Assembly: GCA_001917435.1 (NCBI GenBank) | Contig: MNEA01000113.1 | Location: 13,902 to 77,901 of the forward strand | Source of the DNA: Acidobacteria bacterium 13_2_20CM_2_57_6 | Lineage (GTDB): Bacteria; Acidobacteriota; Terriglobia; Acidiferrales; UBA7541 | Direction of reading: 5' to 3' | DNA length: 64,000 nt | The notes under the pieces: model-generated | The model's database searches: none | The model's input: only the letters and a program-made list of their open reading frames with translations | What the model was told of the DNA's origin: nothing | Translations under genes and position numbers: made by a program | In this document: positions 20,880-30,990 of the stretch, one piece after another | Numbering within the stretch: position 1 is the first letter of the stretch | How the letters are laid out: each line of letters opens with the position of its first letter

Positions 20880-23800
20880 TCAGTCCGATTCCTCTTCGCC
20901 GCCGCGTCCACTGCGCGGTTGTGGCGGCGCAGGAACGATATGAGGAATTCCCGCGTCATTCATCTTCTTGTTCAGCGCGGGCAGCTCCTCCTCTGCGATT
21001 TTCTTGACTTGCGTCGAAGCATCGTTGACGAGGGGGATCAGCTCCGCGAGCTTTTCCTTCTGATGGGCACTCGGCGTGGCAGTAAATCCATCGAGGTCAT
21101 CCAGAAGGTTCTGCACTTGATTCGGGAGTGGGTCGGGCTTCCATTGGAATGGAGGCCCCGCATTCCCCAGCCCTTCCCGTTCACGAATGAATTTCTCTGC
21201 AACAGCGTCGACTTTTTTCTGCAGCTCATCGGCGGCTTTAACGATATCGTCGGGGATCTTCGTCGTATTGGGCTTTCCTGCATCTTTCTTCCACTGCTCG
21301 CGCGCAGCCTTCAAAGCAGTCTGGATGCCTTCGATGGTTTTGCGGTCTTTATCCGTGGTCTTGGCCATGGGATAGAGTTGATCGATCAGTTCCCGGCGCG
21401 CGGAACGATCCGCGGCTGAAATGACGATTCGAGTGTCTTCCTCGACTATGACTTTTTGCGAGGCTTCCTTGTCTCCCGCCTTGACCTTGATGGTGTATAC
21501 GCCAGGTTCGACGAACGGGCCGCGCGGACCGAATCCATAGCCCGCGGCGATAGCTTCCAATTGTTCGGGGGTCGGCTCCGCCGGGGCATTCGAACGCAGA
21601 TCCCAGTTTGTACGGTTGACGCCCGCCGCACCCGGCCCGTCCGTCTCTCGAATCACTTTTCCGTCTTTATCGAGCACGGTGATTTTAACTTTGCCTTCCT
21701 TCTTTTCGGCTGCATCGCCCTTGGCACCGGTCTTGGGCTTCTCTTCGGCCGCGTCTTTGTCTTTCTTTGGAGCCTCCGCCGGCACCGCTTCCTTGACGTA
21801 GTAGCTCAAAATCGCACCGTACGGAGGATTTTTTGCGGTGAACATTTTTTGACCGGCGCTCCAACGGCGGTTGCGCAGGTGCCAGGTTATCGCCGGACGC
21901 GGCGGGAAGAATGTCAGCGGTGATGCCGCCACGTTCGCATCCATCTTTTCGATCGGCGCCAAATCGTCAAGAATCCAAATCGACCGCCCGTGCGTTGCCA
22001 GCACCAGGTCGTTATCGCGCGCCTGGATTTCGATGTCGTCTACAGGAACTGTTGGAAAATTGCTTTTTAGCGACGTCCAGTTTGCTCCGCGATCCCAGGA
22101 TACCCACAGCCCGAACTCGGTTCCCGCAAACAAGAGGTTGGTGTTCCGCGGATGCTCGCGCACCACGTGAACGCTTCCGGCCGAATCTGGAATGCCATTG
22201 CGGATGGCTTTCCAGTTCTCGCCATAGTCGTTCGTCGCAAAAATATAGACGTTGTTATCGCCGCCCCGATGGCCGTCGAACGCGAGAAACGCGGCGCTGT
22301 CGCCGGTCTTCGACGCAACCACACGGCTCACGTAGGTTCCCTTCGGCACTCCAGGTGCCTTCGATGCGACGTTTTTCCAAGTCTTGCCTCCGTCGCGAGT
22401 TACTTGTACATTGCCGTCATCGGTGCCTACCCACAGCACGTTGGGCGTAAGCGGCGACTCACTCAGCGTTGTGATGGTGGGATATTCCTGCACGCCGTCG
22501 TGGCGCGAGAGGGTGTTCTTGTCTGGTGTCTTCCCGAAAATTTGCAGCTTGTTGCGGTCGACGCCAGTCGTCAAGTCACCCCCCAGGCGAGTCCAGTTAT
22601 CCCCGCGGTCCGTCGACTTGAAGAGATAATTTCCGCCGTAGTAGACCGTAGTGTGCTCGTGAACAGAAACGGCTACGGGCGAATTCCACTGGAAGCGAAA
22701 GTGCGGCTCTCCGGCTTTGGCCTCCGGCCGGATTGAACGCTGCTGTGCGGTGCGCATGTCGCGGCGGTCGATGTAGCCATCCTGCGATTCCGTATAGACA
22801 ATCCACGGTTCGACATTATCGATGGCAGCATAAAAGCCGTCGCCGCCGTGAATCACCTGCCAGTCCTCATTGACGATCCCGTCTCGCGTTAGCGTCTGGC
22901 TTGGCCCGCACCAACTTCCGTTGTCCTGCAAGCCACCGCAGATGTGGTACGGCTTTTCATTGTCGAGTGCTATTTCATAAAACTGACCGATGGCGATGGT
23001 GTTGACAAAGTCCCAGGTCTTCCCGGCATCGTAGCTCCAATGGATGCCGCCGTCGGATCCGGCAAGCATATGATTCGAGTCGCCTGGATCGATCCACATC
23101 GCGTGATAATCTCCGTGAATGCCCCGGATGCGCTGTGTTGAAAACGTCTTTCCGCCGTCCTCGGAATAGAACATCGGCGCGCCGAGCTCCCAGATGCGAA
23201 GATCGTTGTTGGGGTCGATACGAATCTGGCTGTAATACGACGGCCGCGGATTCGTATCGCCCATCTTCTTCCAGGTCTCGCCTTTATCCTCGCTGCGATA
23301 CGTCCCGCCCTTCTCGTGCTGCACGATGGCGTATACGATGTTGGGGTCCTTGCGATAAATATCCAGGCCGATGCGGCCGGTGTCTCCGCCGTTTTCGTAG
23401 GGCAGTCCCTTGGTCAATTTTTTCCAATTTGCGCCGCCATCCGTCGTTTTGTAGATCGCGCTATCCGGACCACCACCATTGAAACCGAAGGGCGTCCGTC
23501 GCCGCTCGTACGCCGCGGCATATAAAGTGTCCGGACTCTCCGGGTCCATGGCGACGTCGCTTACACCGGTGTCGTCGTTGATCTTCAGCACTTGCGACCA
23601 GGTCTTGCCCCCATCCGCCGTCTTGTACACTCCGCGTTCGGGATTCGCGCCCCACAAATGCCCCAGCGCGGCCACGTACACAACATCAGGATTTTTCGGA
23701 TGGATCACAATACGCCCGATGTGCCGCGTGGCCTCGAGCCCCATCTTCTTCCAGGTTTTCCCGCCGTCGAGGGACTTGTACGCTCCGTCGCCCCAGGAGG

Positions 23801-24176
23801 AGCTTTGGCGGTTGTTCGGCTCGCCCGTTCCGACCCACACGATCGAAGGGTCCGACGGCGCAATTGCGATGTCGCCAATTGTCGATACGTCTTCCCTATC
23901 GAATATCGGCTCCCATGTCGTGCCGTTATTGGTTGTTTTCCAAACGCCCCCCGAAGCCGTGCCCACATACACAATGTTCGGATTGCTCTCCACCACAGCG
24001 AAATCATCGATGCGCCCGCCCATGGTCGCGGGGCCAATCTCCCGGAATTCCAGGCTCTTGAATTTATCGGTGGGATTCGGCTGGTCGGCAGGTGTCACCT
24101 GCGCAATCGTCGCCAACGCTCCGAGAGACGCCGCGCAAACCAGAATCGCTCGAAGAGTACTCCAAACATGCTTCAT
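20880..24176 (-). CDS. Secreted BNR/Asp-box (VPS10/sortilin-like) beta-propeller protein, putative glycosyl hydrolase
   Basis: Signal peptide, FREIGP...GRI, repeated S.DGG.TW Asp-boxes, GGLQDNG and ATHGRS. Confidence 0.88.
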   Translation of the reverse strand: MKHVWSTLRAILVCAASLGALATIAQVTPADQPNPTDKFKSLEFREIGPATMGGRIDDFAVVESNPNIVYVGTASGGVWKTTNNGTTWEPIFDREDVSTIGDIAIAPSDPSIVWVGTGEPNNRQSSSWGDGAYKSLDGGKTWKKMGLEATRHIGRIVIHPKNPDVVYVAALGHLWGANPERGVYKTADGGKTWSQVLKINDDTGVSDVAMDPESPDTLYAAAYERRRTPFGFNGGGPDSAIYKTTDGGANWKKLTKGLPYENGGDTGRIGLDIYRKDPNIVYAIVQHEKGGTYRSEDKGETWKKMGDTNPRPSYYSQIRIDPNNDLRIWELGAPMFYSEDGGKTFSTQRIRGIHGDYHAMWIDPGDSNHMLAGSDGGIHWSYDAGKTWDFVNTIAIGQFYEIALDNEKPYHICGGLQDNGSWCGPSQTLTRDGIVNEDWQVIHGGDGFYAAIDNVEPWIVYTESQDGYIDRRDMRTAQQRSIRPEAKAGEPHFRFQWNSPVAVSVHEHTTVYYGGNYLFKSTDRGDNWTRLGGDLTTGVDRNKLQIFGKTPDKNTLSRHDGVQEYPTITTLSESPLTPNVLWVGTDDGNVQVTRDGGKTWKNVASKAPGVPKGTYVSRVVASKTGDSAAFLAFDGHRGGDNNVYIFATNDYGENWKAIRNGIPDSAGSVHVVREHPRNTNLLFAGTEFGLWVSWDRGANWTSLKSNFPTVPVDDIEIQARDNDLVLATHGRSIWILDDLAPIEKMDANVAASPLTFFPPRPAITWHLRNRRWSAGQKMFTAKNPPYGAILSYYVKEAVPAEAPKKDKDAAEEKPKTGAKGDAAEKKEGKVKITVLDKDGKVIRETDGPGAAGVNRTNWDLRSNAPAEPTPEQLEAIAAGYGFGPRGPFVEPGVYTIKVKAGDKEASQKVIVEEDTRIVISAADRSARRELIDQLYPMAKTTDKDRKTIEGIQTALKAAREQWKKDAGKPNTTKIPDDIVKAADELQKKVDAVAEKFIREREGLGNAGPPFQWKPDPLPNQVQNLLDDLDGFTATPSAHQKEKLAELIPLVNDASTQVKKIAEEELPALNKKMNDAGIPHIVPAPPQPRSGRGGEEESD

Positions 24177-24410
24177 TTCAACCCCCTGAAGGCAAGGCCC
24201 GGCATGTTACTCCGGCTGGACCGTTCCATGCATCAACTGTTTTGAAAAGGGCAAACCAACCCGGCGCAAAGAAAGACGCGCGGCGCCGCTGCTTCGTTTC
24301 ACGCGAAGGGGTTCATCACTGCTGCCATACTATCTCTGCATGCAACTCGTGGACTTCCTTCAAATCCCTACGACTGCATGCTAGGCTATCCAACGGTTTT
24401 CACTGACTGC

Positions 24411-26804
24411 ATGTTCCGAGTGAATCGCTATCCTTATGCCCGGTTTCCTGCCGCGCTCCGCGCTCTTCTTTTTCCGGCTGGACTGACCTTCCTACTCATC
24501 GCTGCCGCACCACACGTCGCGTCAGCGCAACAAGCTCGCTTGCCTTCCACCAAAGGTGGAATCGCCAATCTGGAGGCGAAAACGCAGGGCCGCAAAGGCG
24601 ACGTCACGACCGCCGACGGCGACGTGGACATTCACTACGCAGACACTCGTCTTCGCGCCGACCACGTCGAATACAATGGCAAGACCTACGAAGCCACAGC
24701 AACCGGGCACGTTCAGCTCGATTACGGCAACGAACATCTCGAAGCCGACGAAGCTCACTACAACGTCAGCACCGGGCACGGCCTGTTTCACAACGTGCGG
24801 GGAGACGTCAAGATCGAGCGGCGGCCCAACCCGGTGCTCTTGATTTCGGACAATCCGCTGTACTTCGAGGCACGGGACGTCGAGCGTTTTCCTGGAGACG
24901 TATACGTCATTCATCGCGCCTGGATCACCATCTGCGACCCCGCGCACCCCAAGTGGCAGTTCTATGCGCCCAACGCGCGCATTCGTGTCGATAAGACTGT
25001 CGCGCTCGTCAACGCCAACTTCCGTCTTTTCCGCGTGCCTCTCATCTGGCTTCCTTACGCTACCGCTCCCGCGGGCCGCAAAGTGCGGGCAACAGGTTTC
25101 CTGATTCCCGATATCGGCCAAAGCTCGCGCAAGGGCTTTATTCTTGGTGACGCTTTCTATCTGGCTCCCAATCCGTGGATGGACGCTACGGTGGGCGCGC
25201 AATTCATGAGCCGCCGTGGCGTCCTCGAGCGCGGAACATTCCGCGCCAAGCCCTTTGAAAACACGTCGATTGAGTACACCTATTTTGGCGTTGAGGACCG
25301 CGGCCTCCCCAACGCGGATGGCACACGCAGTCCGCAGGGCGGCGAGCAGCAGAAGCTGGAAATTCAATCCTTGCTGCCCGGGGGCTGGCGCTTCGTGACG
25401 GACTACAATCATCTTTCTTCGCTTACTTTTCGTCTGGCCTTTGCTGACTCTTTCGGCGAAGCCATCAACTCCGAGGTCCGCAGCGCCACTTTCCTATCGA
25501 ACAATTTTCGCGGCTTCAGCGTGAATTTTGCAGGCCTCAGCGACAAGAGTTTCCTCACTCTGCCGGTCGCCGCAACGTCCACTACACCCGCGGTTCCAGC
25601 CACCAGTGTTACCCTGCGCAACTTGCCGGAAGTACGCTTCGGCTCGGTCGAGCAAGCCCCCTTGCGCAGCGTCCCCGTCTACTTCGGCTTCGATGCGTTT
25701 GCAGGCGTCGTATTCCGAAGCGATGAAAATGTTCAAACTTCTAATTTCGTCGATCGCTACGAATTGGCGCCCCGTGTTACCGTGCCGCTGCACTTCGGAC
25801 GATGGCTCGGCGTGACTACTTCCGCTGCATTTCGCACCACGCGCTATGGCGATTCGTTTGATTCCGCCGGCCAGATCAGTCCAATCGCCATTTCCCGCAA
25901 CACCGGCGAGTTCACGGTCGAACTCCGCCCGCCGACGCTCGAACGATTTTTCGACCGCACTTCCTTGGACAAGGACAAGACCCGGCGGCGGTACAAGCAT
26001 ACCGTTGAACCCGCTGTCACTTATCGGTACGTAACCGGAGTGAATCGCTTCGCGCAGTTTGTGCGTTTCGATTCCGATACGACGCTGACCAACACCAGCG
26101 AAGTCGAGTATGGCTTTACGCAGCGGCTTTTTCGGAAGGACGGCGACGGGCAGCCTCAGGAGCTGATTTCTTGGCGCATTGTCCAGAAGCATTACTTTGA
26201 TCCGACGTTTGGCGGCGCCATCGTCAATGGTCAACGCAACGTCTTTCAGGCGCTCGATTCCATCTCGCCTTTCGCTTTTGCGTTTGGCCCCCGCAACTGG
26301 TCGCCGATTGTCAGCGATTTCAAGATCACGCCAGGCGGCCCGTATGACCTGGAACAAATTCTCCAGTACGATCCACAGATCCAGAGACTCGTTACCATCG
26401 GCACGCTTCTGAAGGTGAAGCCATATCGGGAATTCTTTGCCACGACCGCTTTCTTCCGTATGGATGACAATCCCATGCTCAGTGATCTTCCTCCTCAGCC
26501 TCCTCCGGTGCTGCCAATTTTTCAGCAGCCGCTCTCGAACCAGGTTCGCGGGTTGGTCGGGTACGGCAGCGAATCACGCAGGGGCTTTAATCTCATCACC
26601 GGTCTCGGCTACGATTTCGAAAACAAGACGCTGCAAAACCAGATCGTTCAGATGAGTTACAACGGAAGCTGCTGCGGGCTCGCCGTCGAGTATCGGCGCA
26701 TCAATCTCGGGCAGGTGCGCGCGGAGAATCAGTTCCGCATCGCATTCATTATCGCGAACATCGGCGCTTTCGGGAATTTGCGCCACCAGGAGAAGATTTT
26801 TTAG
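24411..26804 (+). CDS. lptD: LPS assembly protein LptD
   Basis: Signal peptide, OstA-like N-terminus (LRAD..Y), T.C...P.W, R.TGFLIP, beta-barrel pattern and C-terminal SCC motif. Confidence 0.85.
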   Translation: MFRVNRYPYARFPAALRALLFPAGLTFLLIAAAPHVASAQQARLPSTKGGIANLEAKTQGRKGDVTTADGDVDIHYADTRLRADHVEYNGKTYEATATGHVQLDYGNEHLEADEAHYNVSTGHGLFHNVRGDVKIERRPNPVLLISDNPLYFEARDVERFPGDVYVIHRAWITICDPAHPKWQFYAPNARIRVDKTVALVNANFRLFRVPLIWLPYATAPAGRKVRATGFLIPDIGQSSRKGFILGDAFYLAPNPWMDATVGAQFMSRRGVLERGTFRAKPFENTSIEYTYFGVEDRGLPNADGTRSPQGGEQQKLEIQSLLPGGWRFVTDYNHLSSLTFRLAFADSFGEAINSEVRSATFLSNNFRGFSVNFAGLSDKSFLTLPVAATSTTPAVPATSVTLRNLPEVRFGSVEQAPLRSVPVYFGFDAFAGVVFRSDENVQTSNFVDRYELAPRVTVPLHFGRWLGVTTSAAFRTTRYGDSFDSAGQISPIAISRNTGEFTVELRPPTLERFFDRTSLDKDKTRRRYKHTVEPAVTYRYVTGVNRFAQFVRFDSDTTLTNTSEVEYGFTQRLFRKDGDGQPQELISWRIVQKHYFDPTFGGAIVNGQRNVFQALDSISPFAFAFGPRNWSPIVSDFKITPGGPYDLEQILQYDPQIQRLVTIGTLLKVKPYREFFATTAFFRMDDNPMLSDLPPQPPPVLPIFQQPLSNQVRGLVGYGSESRRGFNLITGLGYDFENKTLQNQIVQMSYNGSCCGLAVEYRRINLGQVRAENQFRIAFIIANIGAFGNLRHQEKIF

Positions 26805-26869
26805 CGAGGGCCTTGTGTCTCCCAGGAAATCCAGTCCGGTATCTTCGGTTGTGATTTAATGTGGTACGC

Positions 26870-28291
26870 ATGGACGACGCCGAGCTTGCCTTCGCATCCA
26901 TCGAGGAAGTCGGAAAACTTTTCCGCAACCGCAAACTTTCGCCCGTCGAGCTCGCCAAGCTGATGCTCGCCCGCATCGAGCGGCTCAATCCAAAACTGAA
27001 CGCGTATATCACCGCCACGGCGGAGCGTGCTCTTACGCAGGCCAAAAAAGCTGAATCGGAACTCTTTGCGCCGCGCGGCCGCAAAGGACATCGCGACCGC
27101 GGTCCTCTCCACGGCATCCCCATCTCCCTCAAGGACAACATCTACACAGCAGGCATTCGCACCACCGCTGGTTCGAAGATTCTGAAAGATTTCGTACCCC
27201 CGAACGACGCCAGCGTCGTCGCCCAGCTCAAAAATGCCGGTGCAGTGCTCCTCGGCAAGACCAACATGCACGAGTTCGCTTACGGCGTGACGTCCAACAA
27301 TCCTCACTACGGTCCGGTGCGAAATCCCTGGGACCTCTCGCGCATCCCCGGAGGCTCCAGCGGCGGTTCCGCAGCGGCAGTTGCAGCAGGCCTTTGCTAT
27401 GGCAGCATTGGAACGGACACCGGCGGCTCCATCCGCATTCCTGCATCCCTTTGCGGCATCGTCGGACTGAAGCCGACGTGGGGCCGCATTTCTTGCGAGG
27501 GCATTGTCCCGCTGTCTCCTGCTCTGGATTGCGCTGGGCCACTGGCTCGGACCGTCGGTGATGTCGCCACTCTGACGGGAATTCTGTACTCGCGCGTGGG
27601 CCGGGAGCCGAACATGGCAAGAGCTTCGACTTTGCTGGCTGACGCAAGAAAGTTTTGCCTAGGAATTCCGCGTCAACTATTCTTCGATGCTCTTTCAAGC
27701 GAAGTTCGGAGCGCATTTGACACCGCGATGCGCGAGCTTTGCCGGGCAGGCGTGGCCACGAAGGATATTTCCGTTCCACTGCTCGATGAAACCGAAGATG
27801 CGGGAAATAATATTGCCTGGACGGAAGCCGCCCTCTACCACCAGCAACAGGGATATTCCCCGGCACGAGCAGCGGAGTATGGCGAAGACGTGCGTTCGAG
27901 GCTAGAGATGGGTGGCAAGGTAGCGGCAGTCGACTACTTGCGAGCGCTGGAGATTCAAACTCAATTCATCCAACAGCTGCATTTGGTGCTGGCGGAAGCG
28001 GATGTGGATGCGATGGTCTTTCCCTCAACCGCAATTGAGGCTCCGCGATTCGATCAGGAAACCATCCGCATCGGAACGCACGAATATCCGGCGCGCGCTT
28101 TGCTGCTGCGGCACAATCGTCCGGCCAATCTCGCAGGTGTTCCGGCCGTTTCCATCCCCTGCGGATTTACGCGCTCCGGATTGCCCATCGGCTTGCAAAT
28201 CATGGCCGGTGTTTCGAGCGAACTCGTCCTGCTCCGCATCGCCAAAGTCTTTGAGCGTTCTCAGCCTCAACATCGCAGGCCGCCGATTTAG
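26870..28291 (+). CDS. Amidase signature family protein (GatA-like fold)
   Basis: GPLHGIPISLKD, GKTNMHEFA, GGSSGGS and GTDTGGSIRIPA motifs. Confidence 0.9.
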   Translation: MDDAELAFASIEEVGKLFRNRKLSPVELAKLMLARIERLNPKLNAYITATAERALTQAKKAESELFAPRGRKGHRDRGPLHGIPISLKDNIYTAGIRTTAGSKILKDFVPPNDASVVAQLKNAGAVLLGKTNMHEFAYGVTSNNPHYGPVRNPWDLSRIPGGSSGGSAAAVAAGLCYGSIGTDTGGSIRIPASLCGIVGLKPTWGRISCEGIVPLSPALDCAGPLARTVGDVATLTGILYSRVGREPNMARASTLLADARKFCLGIPRQLFFDALSSEVRSAFDTAMRELCRAGVATKDISVPLLDETEDAGNNIAWTEAALYHQQQGYSPARAAEYGEDVRSRLEMGGKVAAVDYLRALEIQTQFIQQLHLVLAEADVDAMVFPSTAIEAPRFDQETIRIGTHEYPARALLLRHNRPANLAGVPAVSIPCGFTRSGLPIGLQIMAGVSSELVLLRIAKVFERSQPQHRRPPI

Positions 28292-29346
28292 CGCGCTCCC
28301 GTTACAACTGCGCCTCGCGTCTTCATGATCCAAGTGCCGATCATATATCCTAGCGTCCCTGTCACTATTCCGCCGATGACATCTGCCACATAATGGTTTC
28401 GCACGTAAACTGTCGAAACACACATGCACAGGACAAACGGAAGGAATATCCAAAAGAGCCACCGTCTGTGCCGCCGCGCTCCCCAAAGAGCCGCTACCGC
28501 TCCTGCCACGTGCTGTGAAGGAAATGCCGCCCCGTGTACTCGCCCGTACCTCTCGATGAAACCGATCAACGCGGTAAACGGTCCGCCCATCAGCTCGCCA
28601 TGCCATTGCCCTGCCAGTGTGAACCATGGGCTCTGCACGGGAAAAAATATCGAAATCACGTAGCCGAACACATAGGCAACGGCCGAATACGTAATCGCTG
28701 CCCAGTAATTCTTCAAATCGCGCTGGTAATAGAGAATCGCGCCGAGAACCAACAGGTAAACAAAGTACGTGAAATAGGCGAACTGCATGAATTCATTCAG
28801 CGCTGGATGCACAAACCGCTCCAGCCACAGGGAAGGATTCACACCCGTGAGCCATTGGTCGAACTCGAGGAGCTTCGCGTCCTCCCATCGTGGATTCACC
28901 AGGTGTACCAGTTTCGCTAGTTCTTCGAAGCAGAAAAGAAAAAACAGGTGCGGATACCAGTGTCGCCAGAAGTGCCAGAATTTTGTGGAGACTATTTCGC
29001 CCGTTCGCGTTGCCTCGTCCACGTAACTCGCGCCAATCCGGCACAAAGCCAAAATGATAAGCGCGGCCAGCGCTTGCACGCCGATCAGCTTTGCAGGATG
29101 CGCCAGGTTTTCCGCAAATGTCGCAATGAGGGCGCTCGAAAGTCCCAGGTATCCAAGTGCGATCCACTCAAATGCGCCGCACGCCGCCCACACGGCTGCT
29201 GCTTCACGACTGAACCATGGGGCGATCTCCTGCTTCTCCACTTCAAAACCGGCCGCTCTTTCTCTAACTTCCGGAGGACGCGCCTCATCATGCCAGGCGA
29301 ACACTGCTTCATTTCCTCGATAGTTCTGTCGCTGTGTGTCGTTCAT
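28288..29346 (-). CDS. PAP2-superfamily membrane protein, Aur1/inositolphosphotransferase-like
   Basis: Multiple TM helices, AFPSQH (C2) and RNHYVADV (C3); no canonical KxxxxxxRP C1 motif. Confidence 0.82.
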   Translation of the reverse strand: MNDTQRQNYRGNEAVFAWHDEARPPEVRERAAGFEVEKQEIAPWFSREAAAVWAACGAFEWIALGYLGLSSALIATFAENLAHPAKLIGVQALAALIILALCRIGASYVDEATRTGEIVSTKFWHFWRHWYPHLFFLFCFEELAKLVHLVNPRWEDAKLLEFDQWLTGVNPSLWLERFVHPALNEFMQFAYFTYFVYLLVLGAILYYQRDLKNYWAAITYSAVAYVFGYVISIFFPVQSPWFTLAGQWHGELMGGPFTALIGFIERYGRVHGAAFPSQHVAGAVAALWGARRHRRWLFWIFLPFVLCMCVSTVYVRNHYVADVIGGIVTGTLGYMIGTWIMKTRGAVVTGAR

Positions 29347-30224
29347 TCGGCGTTCTCCGGACTCGCCAGTTCCATCCGGCATTGTCGCTGTGCTTTGGAC
29401 TCTTTGCCGTGCGGCGAACGATTTCCCTTTCCGTTCCAATGCAACACCGGCCATCCGCACGCTTGTGCAATTCGCAAAAGGTCTTTCGACGGATTCACCG
29501 CCGCTGGTTTGCCAACTGCCGCCAGCAGCCACCGGTCATTCGAGCTGTCGGCGTACGCGCAGCACAGCTCCAAGTCGAGATTCATCTCCCCGGCCAGCTG
29601 CTTTGCCGCGCGGGCTTTCGCCTCCCCAAACATCGCTTCTCCCAAGATTCTTCCCGTCCACTTGCCGCCCATTTCTTCCAGGAGCGTGGCACACACGTGA
29701 ATCTTCGCGGTAATTCCGCGCGTGGCAAGCTTGTCTTCCATGGCGCGCCCGGCTTCTAAGGCCAACGGCCCAAGGGTGCCGCTCAGCAGCACGATTTCAT
29801 GGCCGTGTTTCGCGTGCCATGCCATTCTCTCGATGGCTTGCTCAAAAAAGGCGGGGACAGGCAATCGTGGATTGCGCCGCCGAGGAGCCGATGCCTGACC
29901 GTCGGCCTGGTGGCCGCCTTTGTACCAAGGGGAGACACCTCTGTCTCCCTCGCCACGCTCTTCAAGAATATCCACGGCACGCAGATACATTTTGTTCGCC
30001 TGCAAAGCCTCTCCGATCCCTCGCGGCAAAAGCCGCAGTGCCTCCCTCAGCCACAGAAGATAATTTCGTGTAGGGATTTCTCCCCGGTATCTCAACATCC
30101 GGAAAAACCTTCGCTCCAGCGACGGCAGGGTCATGAGCGTTCCGTCTAAGTCAAAAAACGCCGCGATTTTTCTTTCGTCTTCCTTTACTTCGTTTATCTC
30201 CTGGACCGCTTTTCGCACTCTCAT
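29343..30224 (-). CDS. HAD-IB family phosphatase
   Basis: AFFDLDGTL, VLLSGT, GEAK and AYADSSND...L..VG.P..VNP motifs. Confidence 0.88.
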   Translation of the reverse strand: MRVRKAVQEINEVKEDERKIAAFFDLDGTLMTLPSLERRFFRMLRYRGEIPTRNYLLWLREALRLLPRGIGEALQANKMYLRAVDILEERGEGDRGVSPWYKGGHQADGQASAPRRRNPRLPVPAFFEQAIERMAWHAKHGHEIVLLSGTLGPLALEAGRAMEDKLATRGITAKIHVCATLLEEMGGKWTGRILGEAMFGEAKARAAKQLAGEMNLDLELCCAYADSSNDRWLLAAVGKPAAVNPSKDLLRIAQACGWPVLHWNGKGNRSPHGKESKAQRQCRMELASPENAE

Positions 30225-30901
30225 GCCGCCTCCTGCGCCGCATCTTTAGCTCCGCGCACCGGTCCCGCGCTCCCTGCTAGATATTTCCACCCTTCCACTA
30301 GGACCGGCAGCCCACGCAGCAGGCAGAATGCCGCCGTCATCCAAGTCAGCACATGCGCCCCGACGCGAATCATGGCGTGCGCATCCGCCGCCAGGTCACC
30401 CACGAGCGCGACCGGCCCGCGCATCAGCGCCAACTCCAAACCCAAGTAGCAGAAGCACAGACACTTCATCGCCGCATACAGTCCCCGGCTCCAGCGCGAG
30501 GCCACTAGCGCCTGGCCCCACCAGGTGCGCAGCATCGCGTTTGCGCCCCCGCCGGAGTGTCCCGCTTTCATCGCCAGCCCACGCAGAAAATCCGTCGCCG
30601 CTCCACGCGCAAAAAACAAAACCGGTAGCCACAGTGACACCATCCCCACGACGGCAAAATACGTGAAATACACGTTTTCGATCATGCGGTCGCCGAGGAT
30701 GTCCAGTTGCGCGCCCACGGGCGTGGCCATTTTTTTCTCCCGAGCGAGATGCCCGTCAAGTGCATCCAGCGCGATCGCCGCTACAGTGAGTCCCACAGCC
30801 GTCAGGTTCGCCCACGCTCTATGCCCGAACAGGCTCACCGCCGCGAACCCCACCAAGACCCGCAATAGCGTCACTTTGTTTGGCGTCCACCGCATACTCA
30901 C
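30221..30901 (-). CDS. CDP-alcohol phosphatidyltransferase family protein
   Basis: PN.VT.LR and the full signature DG-x2-AR-x8-G-x3-D-x3-D (DGHLAREKKMATPVGAQLDILGD). Confidence 0.9.
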   Translation of the reverse strand: MSMRWTPNKVTLLRVLVGFAAVSLFGHRAWANLTAVGLTVAAIALDALDGHLAREKKMATPVGAQLDILGDRMIENVYFTYFAVVGMVSLWLPVLFFARGAATDFLRGLAMKAGHSGGGANAMLRTWWGQALVASRWSRGLYAAMKCLCFCYLGLELALMRGPVALVGDLAADAHAMIRVGAHVLTWMTAAFCLLRGLPVLVEGWKYLAGSAGPVRGAKDAAQEAA

Positions 30902-30937
30902 CTGCCAGACGCGGTAACAGCGTCCAATCTGGCCATG

Positions 30938-30952
30938 GCAAACCTCATGCCA
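30938..30952 (-). promoter_or_regulatory. Candidate sigma54 (-24/-12) promoter
   Basis: Minus strand reads TGGCATGAGGTTTGC, with GG-N10-GC spacing, 36 nt upstream of the GTG start. Confidence 0.55.
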
Positions 30953-30977
30953 CTCCCTACTCCAGGAAGACGAACCT

Positions 30978-30990
30978 CTTCAATCATTTA
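30978..30990. promoter_or_regulatory. IHF-like site
   Basis: CTTCAATCATTTA compared with consensus WATCAANNNNTTR (two mismatches); just upstream of the sigma54-like element. Confidence 0.3.

Noticed and set aside
24249-24290. GGGCAAACC...GGCGCAAAG resembling a c-di-GMP-I riboswitch upstream of lptD
   Set aside because: The GNRA-capped stem between the two motifs is missing and no second stem follows; probably chance.
26870-28291. Amidase as gatA
   Set aside because: No gatC or gatB is adjacent, and the signature is shared by many amidases.
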